NCBI GenBank assembly: GCA_964016885.1
Contig: CAXHJY010000814.1
Span: forward strand, 1-64,000
Source of the DNA: Eledone cirrhosa
Taxonomy: Eukaryota
Length of the DNA stretch: 64,000 bases
Reading direction: 5' to 3'
Shown here: positions 52,601-64,000 of the stretch, piece after piece
Layout: every line of letters begins with the position of its first letter
Position numbering within the stretch: position 1 is the first letter of the stretch
The notes under the pieces: generated by a model
Database searches by the model: none
Told to the model about the DNA's origin: nothing
What the model saw: the letters and a program-made list of their open reading frames with translations, nothing else
Position numbers and translations under genes: made by a program

Positions 52601-55600
52601 GTCACATGAACGTTGTTTCTCGCTAATATCGAATGAGGACACTCACTCATCCGACAGACATCTCGCATTTATCTTAGATGAATACGAGGGAGAATTTCAA
52701 GAACAACAACCACAAGGAAACAACGAGCAAAATAGGTGACCAAGTGGATTGGGGACTTTGACCCCAGCTTTAACACTGAGTCAGGAATACATACAAATGC
52801 TGTTTACTCTGCTCAAAAAAAGAACAAAGACAACGAGATTCCTAAGACGACTTCACTGATCAACAGAAATGGGTGAAATACAGGCACCTAATAAAGTCAA
52901 ACACAGAAACACCAAGTCCCACTTTATTAACAGATTCTCAATTATAATTTTCTTATATTGCATGTCATATTAATATAATTTACTTTGTATGACATTTATT
53001 GTAATTTTTATTTCTCTATGGCAATTAAAAAGAAGAAACAAAGAAATTTGATCTTAAAAAATTATGAAAATAGAAGACCGCCATAGCTCCCTTACACCTC
53101 ATATCACAAACACCACCACCCTCTACCACACTCACACCCTTCTATTCATTCAAGCACGAACACAACCTCCGGACCCTGTTCACCCATAGCTCCCTTCCTC
53201 ATCACATTACAAACACCATCACCCTCCTCCACTCATTCAAGTGCAAACACAACCTCCAAAACCACTTCATTCATAGCTCCCTTCCACCTCCTATCACAAA
53301 CACCATCACACTCCACCTCCACCAAACTCACAAACCTCCACACATTCAAGGACGAACGCAACCTCCAGATCTTCCTCATCCATAGCTCCCTTCCTCCACA
53401 CATCAAAAAAACACCACCACCTTCCAAGGGCCCAACACCAAATCCCTTTCTGCATGCCGCTCTTTCCACTGCACCTCCTCCAGCTTTGTCTACGGACTCT
53501 TTTGAACGGAATCTGGAGTCCCCTATGTCAAATGAACGTTGTTTCTCGCTAATATCAAATGAGGACACTGACTCATATCTTGCATTTATCTTAGATGAAT
53601 ACGAGGGAGAATTTCAAGAACAACAACCTCAAGGAAACAACGAGCGAAATAGGTGACCAAGTGGATTGGGGACTTTGACCCCAGCTTTAACACTGAGTCA
53701 GGAATAAAAACAGACACTACCTACTCTGCTCAAGAAAAGAACAAAGACAACGAGATTCCTAAGACGACTTCACTGATCAGCAGAAATGGGTGAAATACAG
53801 GCACCTAATAAAGTCAAACACAGAAGCACCAAGTCCCACTTTATTAACAGATTCTCAATTATAATTTTCTTATATTGCATGTCATATTAATATAATTTAC
53901 TTTGTATGACATTTATTGTAATTTTTATTTCTCTATGGCAATTAAAAAGAAGAAACAAAGAAATTTGATCTAAGAAAAATATGAAAATAGATGCCTGCCA
54001 TAGCTCCCTTCCTCCTCACATCACAAATACCACCACACTCACACCCCTCCACTCATTCCAGCAAGAACACAACCTCCGGAAACTTCTCATCCATAGCTCC
54101 CTTACACCTCACCACAAACACCACCACCATCCAAGGGCCCAAAAGCAAATCCTTCTCTGCCTGGCATTCCTCCTACTGCACCTCCTCCAGCTTTGTCTAC
54201 GGACTCCTTTGAACGGAATCTGGAGTCCCCTATGTCACATGAACGTTGTTTCTCGCTAATATCAAATGAGGACACTCACTCATCCGACAGACATCTTGCA
54301 TTTATCTTAGATGAATACGAGGGAGAATTTCAAGAACAACAACCACAAGGAAACAACGAGCAAAATAGGTGACCAAGTGGATTGGGGACTTTGACCCCAG
54401 CTTTAACACTGAGTCAGGAATACATACAAATGCTGTTTACTCTGCTCAAAAAAAGAACAAAGACAACGAGATTCCTAAGACGACTTCACCGATCAGCAGA
54501 AATGGGTGAAATACAGGCACCTAATAAAGTCAAACACAGAAACACCAAGTCCCACTTTATTAACAGATTCTCAATTATAATTTTCTTATATTGCATGTCA
54601 TATTAATATAATTTACTTTGTATGACATTTATTGTAATTTTTATTTCTCTATGGCAATTAAAAAGAAGAAACAAAGAAATTTGATCTTAAAAAATTATGA
54701 AAATAGAAGACCGCCATAGCTCCCTTCCTCCTCACATCACAAACACCACCACCCTCTACCACACTCACACCCTTCTATTCATTCAAGCACGAACACAACC
54801 TCCGGACCCTGTTCACCCATAGCTCCCTTCCTCATCACATTACAAACACCATCACCCTCCTCCACTCATTCAAGTGCAAACACAACCTCCAAAACCACTT
54901 CATTCATAGCTCCCTTCCACCTCTTATCACAAACACCATCACACTCCACCTCCACCAAACTCACAAACCTCCACACATTCAAGGACGAACGCAACCTCCA
55001 GATCTTCCTCATCCATAGCTCCCTTCCTCCTCACATCAAAAAAACACCACCACCTTCCAAGGGTCCAACACCAAATCCCTTTCTGCATGCCACTCTTTCC
55101 ACTGCACCTCCTCCAGCTTTGTCTACGGACTCTTTTGAACGGAATCTGGAGTCCCCTATGTCAAATGAACGTTGTTTCTCGCTAATATCAAATGAGGACA
55201 CTGACTCATATCTTGCATTTATCTTAGATGAATACGAGGGAGAATTTCAAGAACAACAACCTCAAGGAAACAACGAGCGAAATAGGTGACCAAGTGGATT
55301 GGGGACTTTGACCCCAGCTTTAACACTGAGTCAGGAATAAAAACAGACACTACCTACTCTGCTCAAGAAAAGAACAAAGACAACGAGATTCCTAAGACGA
55401 CTTCACTGATCAGCAGAAATGGGTGAAATACAGGCACCTAATAAAGTCAAACACAGAAGCACCAAGTCCCACTTTATTAACAGATTCTCAATTATAATTT
55501 TCTTATATTGCATGTCATATTAATATAATTTACTTTGTATGACATTTATTGTAATTTTTATTTCTCTATGGCAATTAAAAAGAAGAAACAAAGAAATTTG

Positions 55601-58600
55601 ATCTAAAAAAAATATGAAAATAGAAGCCTGCCATAGCTCCCTTCCTCCTCACATCACAAATACCACCACACTCACACCCCTCCACTCATTCCAGCAAGAA
55701 CACAACCTCCGGAAACTTCTCATCCATAGCTCCCTTACACCTCACCACAAACACCACCACCATCCAAGGGCCCAAAAGCAAATCCTTCTCTGCCTGGCAT
55801 TCCTCCTACTGCACCTCCTCCAGCTTTGTCTACGGACTCCTTTGAACGGAATCTGGAGTCCCCTATGTCACATGAACGTTGTTTCTCGCTAATATCGAAT
55901 GAGGACACTCACTCATCCGACAGACATCTTGCATTTATCTTAGATGAATACGAGGGAGAATTTCAAGAACAACAACCACAAGGAAACAACGAGCAAAATA
56001 GGTGACCAAGTGGATTGGGGACTTTGACCCCAGCTTTAACACTGAGTCAAGAATACATACAAATGCTGTTTACTCTGCTCAAAAAAAGAACAAAGACAAC
56101 GAGATTCCTAAGACGACTTCACCGATCAACAGAAATGGGTGAAATACAGGCACCTAATAAAGTCAAACACAGAAGCACCAAGTCCCACTTTATTAACAGA
56201 TTCTCAATTATAATTTTCTTATATTGCATGTCATATTAACATAATTTACTTTGTATGACATTTATTGTAATTTTTATTTCTCTAAGGCAATTAAAAAGAA
56301 GAAACAAAGAAATTTGATCTTAAAAAATTATGAAAATAGAAGACCGCCATAGCTCCCTTACACCTCATATCACAAACACCACCACCCTCTACCACACTCA
56401 CACCCTTCTATTCATTTATGCACGAACACAACCTCCGGACCCTGTTCACCCATAGATCCCTTCCTCATCACATTACAGACACCATCACCCTCCTCCACTC
56501 ATTCAAGTGCAAACACAACCTCCAAAACCACTTCATTCATAGCTCCCTTCCACCTCCTATCACAAACACCATCACACACCACCTCCACCAAACTCACAAA
56601 CCTCCACACATTCAAGGACGAACGCAACCTCCAGATCTTCCTCATCCATAGCTCCCTTCCTCCTCACATCAAAAAAACACCACCACCTTCCAAGGGCCCA
56701 ACACCAAATCCTTCTCTGCCTGGCATTCCTCCTACTGCACCTCCTCCAGCTTTGTCTACGGACTCTTTTGAACGGAATCTGGAGTCCCCTATGTCAAATG
56801 AACGTTGTTTCTCGCTAATATCAAATGAGGACACTGACTCATCCGACAGACATCTTGCATTTATCTTAGATGAATACGAGGGAGAATTTCAAGAACAACA
56901 ACCTCAAGGAAACAACGAGCGAAATAGGTGACCAAGTGGATTGGGGACTTTGACCCCAGCTTTAACACTGAGTCAGGCATACAAACAAACACTACTCTGC
57001 TCAAAAAAAGAACAAAGACAACGAGATTCCTAAGACGACTTCACTGATCAGCAGAAATGGGTGAAATACAGGCACCTAATAAAGTCAAACACAGAAACAC
57101 CAAGTCCCACTTTATTAACAGATTCTCAATTATAATTTTCTTATATTGCATGTCATATTAATATAATTTACTTTGTATGACATTTATTGTAATTTTTATT
57201 TCTCTATGGCAATTAAAAAGAAGAAACAAAGAAATTTGATCTAAGAAAAATATGAAAATAGATGCCTGCCATAGCTCCCTTCCTCCTCACATCACAAATA
57301 CCACCACACTCACACCCCTCCACTCATTCCAGCAAGAACACAACCTCCGGAAACTTCTCATCCATAGCTCCCTTACACCTCACCACAAACACCACCACCA
57401 TCCAAGGGCCCAAAAGCAAATCCTTCTCTGCCTGGCATTCCTCCTACTGCACCTCCTCCAGCTTTGTCTACGGACTCCTTTGAACGGAATCTGGAGTCCC
57501 CTATGTCACATGAACGTTGTTTCTCGCTAATATCGAATGAGGACACTCACTCATCCGACAGACATCTCGCATTTATCTTAGATGAATACGAGGGAGAATG
57601 TCAACAACAACAACCACAAGGAAACAACGAGCAAAATAGGTGACCAAGTGGATTGGGGACTTTGACCCCAGCTTTAACACTGAGTCAAGAATACATACAG
57701 ATGCTGTTTACTCTGCTCAAAAAAAGAACAAAGACATCGAGATTCCTAAGACGACTTCACCGATCAACAGAATTGGGTGAAATACAGGCACCTAATAAAG
57801 TCAAACACAGAAACACCAAGTCCCACTTTATTAACAGATTCTCAATTATAATTTTCTTATATTGCATGTCATATTAATATAATTTACTTTGTATGACATT
57901 TATTGTAATTTTTATTTCTCTATGGCAATTAAAAAGAAGAAACAAAGAAATTTGATCTTAAAAAATTATGAAAATAGAAGACCGCCATAGCTCCCTTCCT
58001 CCTCACATCACAAACACCACCACCCTCTACCACACTCACACCCTTCTATTCATTCAAGCACGAACACAACCTCCGGACCCTGTTCACCCATAGCTCCCTT
58101 CCTCATCACATTACAAACACCATCACCCTCCTCCACTCATTCAAGTGCAAACACAACCTCCAAAACCACTTCATTCATAGCTCCCTTCCACCTCCTATCA
58201 GAAACACCATCACACTCCACCTCCACCAAACTCACAAACCTCCACACATTCAAGGTCGAACGCAAACTCCAGATCTTCCTCATCCATAGCTCCCTTCCTC
58301 CTCACATCAAAAAAACACCACCACCTTCCAAGGGTCCAACACCAAATCCCTTTCTGCATGCCACTCTTTCCACTGCACCTCCTCCAGCTTTGTCTACGGA
58401 CTCTTTTGAACGGAATCTGGAGTCCCCTATGTCAAATGAACGTTGTTTCTCGCTAATATCAAATGAGGACACTGACTCATCCGACGAATATCTTGCATTT
58501 ATCTTAGATGAATACGAGGGAGAATTTCAAGAACAACAACCTCAAGGAAACAACGAGCGAAATAGGTGACCAAGTGGATTGGGGACTTTGACCCCAGCTT

Positions 58601-61600
58601 TAACACTGAGTCAGGAATAAAAACAAACGCTACCTACTCTGCTCAAGAAAAGAACAAAGACAACGAGATTCCTAAGACGACTTCACTGATCAGCAGAAAT
58701 GGGTGAAATACAGGCACCTAATAAAGTCAAACACAGAAGCACCAAGTCCCACTTTATTAACAGATTCTCAATTATAATTTTCTTATATTGCATGTCATAT
58801 TAACCTAATTTACTTTGTATGACATTTATTGTAATTTTTATTTCTCTAAGGCAATTAAAAAGAAGAAACAAAGAAATTTGATCTAAGAAAACTATGAAAA
58901 TAGATGCCTGCCATAGCTCCCTTCCTCCTCACATCACAAATACCACCACACTCACACCCCTCCACTCATTCCAGCAAGAACACAACCTCCGGAAACTTCT
59001 CATCCATAGCTCCCTTACACCTCACCACAAACACCACCACCATCCAAGGGCCCAAAAACAAATCCTTCTCTGCCTGGCATTCCTCCTACTGCACCTCCTC
59101 CAGCTTTGTCTACGGACTCCTTTGAATGGAATCTGGAGTCCCCTATGTCACATGAACGTTGTTTCTCGCTAATATCGAATGAGGACACTCACTCATCCGA
59201 CAGACATCTTGCATTTATCTTAGATGAATACGAGGGAGAATTTCAAGAACAACAACCACAAGGAAACAACGAGCAAAATAGGTGACCAAGTGGATTGGGG
59301 ACTTTGACCCCAGCTTTAACACTGAGTCAAGAATACATACAAATGCTGTTTACTCTGCTCAAAAAAAGAACAAAGACAACGAGATTCCTAAGACGACTTC
59401 ACCGATCAACAGAAATGGGTGAAATACAGGCACCTAATAAAGTCAAACACAGAAACACCAAGTCCCACTTTATTAACAGATTCTCAATTATAATTTTCTT
59501 ATATTGCATGTCATATTAATATAATTTACTTTGTATGACATTTATTGTAATTTTTATTTCTCTATGGCATTTAAAAAGAAGAAACAAAGAAATTTGATCT
59601 TAAAAAATTATGAAAATAGAAGACCGCCATAGCTCCCTTACACCTCATATCACAAACACCACCACCCTCTACCACACTCACACCCTTCTATTCATTCAAG
59701 CACGAACACAACCTCCGGACCCTGTTCACCCATAGCTCCCTTCCTCATCACATTACAAACACCATCACCCTCCTCCACTCATTCAAGTGCAAACACAACC
59801 TCCAAAACCACTTCATTCATAGCTCCCTTCCACCTCTTATCACAAACACCATCACACTCCACCTCCACCAAACTCACAAACCTCCACACATTCAAGGACG
59901 AACGCAACCTCCAGATCTTCCTCATCCATAGCTCTCTTCCTCCTCACATCAAAAAAACACCACCACCTTCCAAGGGTCCAACACCAAATCCCTTTCTGCA
60001 TGCCACTCTTTCCACTGCACCTCCTCCAGCTTTGTCTACGGACTCTTTTGAACGGAATCTGGAGTCCCCTATGTCAAATGAACGTTGTTTCTCGCTAATA
60101 TCAAATGAGGACACTGACTCATATCTTGCATTTATCTTAGATGAATACGAGGGAGAATTTCAAGAACAACCTCAAGGAAACAACGAGCGAAATAGGTGAC
60201 CAAGTGGATTGGGGACTTTGACCCCAGCTTTAACACTGAGTCAGGCATACAAACAAACACTACTCTGCTCAAAAAAAGAACAAAGACAACGAGATTCCTA
60301 AGACGACTTCACTGATCAGCAGAAATGGGTGAAATACAGGCACCTAATAAAGTCAAACACAGAAACACCAAGTCCCACTTTATTAACAGATTCTCAATTA
60401 TAATTTTCTTATATTGCATGTCATATTAATATAATTTACTTTGTATGACATTTATTGTAATTTTTATTTCTCTATGGCAATTAAAAAGAAGAAACAAAGA
60501 AATTTGATCTAAGAAAAATATGAAAATAGATGCCTGCCATAGCTCCCTTCCTCCTCACATCACAAATACCACCACACTCACACCCCTCCACTCATTCCAG
60601 CAAGAACACAACCTCCGGAAACTTCTCATCCATAGCTCCCTTACACCTCACCACAAACACCACCACCATCCAAGGGCCCAAAAGCAAATCCTTCTCTGCC
60701 TGGCATTCCTCCTACTGCACCTCCTCCAGCTTTGTCTACGGACTCCTTTGAACGGAATCTGGAGTCCCCTATGTCACATGAACGTTGTTTCTCGCTAATA
60801 TCGAATGAGGACACTCACTCATCCGACAGACATCTCGCATTTATCTTAGATGAATACGAGGGAGAATGTCAACAACAACAACCACAAGGAAACAACGAGC
60901 AAAATAGGTGACCAAGTGGATTGGGGACTTTGACCCCAGCTTTAACACTGAGTCAAGAATACATACAGATGCTGTTTACTCTGCTCAAAAAAAGAACAAA
61001 GACATCGAGATTCCTAAGACGACTTCACCGATCAACAGAATTGGGTGAAATACAGGCACCTAATAAAGTCAAACACAGAAACACCAAGTCCCACTTTATT
61101 AACAGATTCTCAATTATAATTTTCTTATATTGCATGTCATATTAATATAATTTACTTTGTATGACATTTATTGTAATTTTTATTTCTCTATGGCAATTAA
61201 AAAGAAGAAACAAAGAAATTTGATCTTAAAAAATTATGAAAATAGAAGACCGCCATAGCTCCCTTACACCTCATATCACAAACACCACCACCCTCTACCA
61301 CACTCACACCCTTCTATTTATTCAAGCACGAACACAACCTCCGGACCCTGTTCACCCATAGCTCCCTTCCTCATCACATTACAAACACCATCACCCTCCT
61401 CCACTCATTCAAGTGCAAACACAACCTCCAAAACCACTTCATTCATAGCTCCCTTCCACCTCTTATCACAAACACCATCACACTCCACCTCCACCAAACT
61501 CACAAACCTCCACACATTCAAGGACGAACGCAACCTCCAGATCTTCCTCATCCATAGCTCCCTTCCTCCTCACATCAAAAAAACACCACCACCTTCCAAG

Positions 61601-64000
61601 GGTCCAACACCAAATCCCTTTCTGCATGCCACTCTTTCCACTGCACCTCCTCCAGCTTTGTCTACGGACTCTTTTGAACGGAATCTGGAGTCCCCTATGT
61701 CAAATGAACGTTGTTTCTCGCTAATATCAAATGAGGACACTGACTCATATCTTGCATTTATCTTAGATGAATACGAGGGAGAATTTCAAGAACAACAACC
61801 TCAAGGAAACAACGAGCGAAATAGGTGACCAAGTGGATTGGGGACTTTGACCCCAGCTTTAACACTGAGTCAGGAATAAAAACAAACGCTACCTACTCTG
61901 CTCAAGAAAAGAACAAAGACAACGAGATTCCTAAGACGACTTCACTGATCAGCAGAAATGGGTGAAATACAGGCACCTAATAAAGTCAAACACAGAAGCA
62001 CCAAGTCCCACTTTATTAACAGATTCTCAATTATAATTTTCTTATATTGCATGTCATATTAATATAATTTACTTTGTATGACATTTATTGTAATTTTTAT
62101 TTCTCTATGGCAATTAAAAAGAAGAAACAAAGAAATTTGATCTAAGAAAAATATGAAAATAGATGCCTGCCATAGCTCCCTTCCTCCTCACATCACAAAT
62201 ACCACCACACTCACACCCCTCCACTCATTCCAGCAAGAACACAACCTCCGGAAACTTCTCATCCATAGCTCCCTTACACCTCACCACAAACACCACCACC
62301 ATCCAAGGGCCCAAAAGCAAATCCTTCTCTGCCTGGCATTCCTCCTACTGCACCTCCTCCAGCTTTGTCTACGGACTCCTTTGAACGGAATCTGGAGTCC
62401 CCTATGTCACATGAACGTTGTTTCTCGCTAATATCGAATGAGGACACTCACTCATCCGACAGACATCTCGCATTTATCTTAGATGAATACGAGGGAGAAT
62501 TTCAAGAACAACAACCACAAGGAAACAACGAGCAAAATAGGTGACCAAGTGGATTGGGGACTTTGACCCCAGCTTTAACACTGAGTCAGGAATACATACA
62601 AATGCTGTTTACTCTGCTCAAAAAAAGAACAAAGACATCGAGATTCCTAAGACGACTTCACCGATCAACAGAATTGGGTGAAATACAGGCACCTAATAAA
62701 GTCAAACACAGAAGCACCAAGTCCCACTTTATTAACAGATTCTCAATTATAATTTTCTTATATTGCATGTCATATTAATATAATTTACTTTGTATGACAT
62801 TTATTGTAATTTTTATTTCTCTATGGCAATTAAAAAGAAGAAACAAAGAAATTTGATCTTAAAAAATTATGAAAATAGAAGACCGCCATAGCTCCCTTCC
62901 TCCTCACATCACAAACACCACCACCCTCTACCACACTCACACCCTTCTATTCATTCAAGCACGAACACAACCTCCGGACCCTGTTCACCCATAGCTCCCT
63001 TCCTCATCACATTACAAACACCATCACCCTCCTCCACTCATTCAAGTGCAAACACAACCTCCAAAACCACTTCATTCATAGCTCCCTTCCACCTCCTATC
63101 AGAAACACCATCACACTCCACCTCCACCAAACTCACAAACCTCCACACATTCAAGGTCGAACGCAAACTCCAGATCTTCCTCATCCATAGCTCCCTTCCT
63201 CCTCACATCAAAAAAACACCACCACCTTCCAAGGGTCCAACACCAAATCCCTTTCTGCATGCCACTCTTTCCACTGCACCTCCTCCAGCTTTGTCTACGG
63301 ACTCTTTTGAACGGAATCTGGAGTCCCCTATGTCAAATGAACGTTGTTTCTCGCTAATATCAAATGAGGACACTGACTCATCCGACGAATATCTTGCATT
63401 TATCTTAGATGAATACGAGGGAGAATTTCAAGAACAACAACCTCAAGGAAACAACGAGCGAAATAGGTGACCAAGTGGATTGGGGACTTTGACCCCAGCT
63501 TTAACACTGAGTCAGGAATAAAAACAAACGCTACCTACTCTGCTCAAGAAAAGAACAAAGACAACGAGATTCCTAAGACGACTTCACTGATCAGCAGAAA
63601 TGGGTGAAATACAGGCACCTAATAAAGTCAAACACAGAAGCACCAAGTCCCACTTTATTAACAGATTCTCAATTATAATTTTCTTATATTGCATGTCATA
63701 TTAATATAATTTACTTTGTATGACATTTATTGTAATTTTTATTTCTCTATGGCAATTAAAAAGAAGAAACAAAGAAATTTGATCTAAGAAAAATATGAAA
63801 ATAGATGCCTGCCATAGCTCCCTTCCACCTCACATCACAAATACCACCACCACACTCACACCTCTCCACTCATTCCAGCAAGAACACAACCTCCGGAAAC
63901 TTCTCATCCATAGCTCCCTTACACCTCACCACAAACACCACCACCATCCAAGGGCCCAAAAGCAAATCCTTCTCTGCCTGGCATTCCTCCTACTGCACCT
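40645..64000 (+). repeat. Satellite array: ~715-bp (A) and ~920-bp (B) related monomers forming a 1626-1642-bp dimeric higher-order repeat; runs off the window end
   Basis: A-monomer starts at 41533, 44085, 45810, 47443, 49073, 50709, 52345, 53981, 55614, 57252, 58894, 60520, 62153, 63794. Confidence 0.99.

Noticed and set aside
41533-62778. Repeated 73-102-aa ORFs as a tandem gene family
   Set aside because: Frames are chimeric, switch between relic sources and are broken in many monomers; no evidence of current coding function

Overview
Repeat-dense, AT-rich animal genomic DNA with no intact host gene. The microsatellite and SINE content is octopus/cephalopod-like (inferred, not proven). 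1-28 kb is (TA)n/(CA)n microsatellite carrying tRNA-derived SINEs, decayed CR1, CRE and RTE LINE ends, maT/mariner relics, minisatellites amplified from inside retroelement coding ends, and foldback structures, some containing Penelope-type hammerhead ribozymes. 29-37 kb holds a decayed parvovirus-like endogenous viral locus: an NS1 pseudogene (HUH + SF3 helicase) behind an E2F/TATA promoter, a PLA2 (VP1u-like) relic missed by the ORF track, and an orphan ORF island with a similar promoter. SINEs, an RTE fragment and a Tc1 element interrupt it. A Helitron Rep-Pif1 pseudogene ends at 40644 and is followed directly by a >23 kb satellite with a ~1.63 kb dimeric higher-order repeat. The satellite monomer is chimeric: a Penelope linker/GIY-YIG fragment fused to a coding relic that appears homologous to the orphan ORF beside the viral locus. 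All assignments come from manual motif reading; no searches were run.
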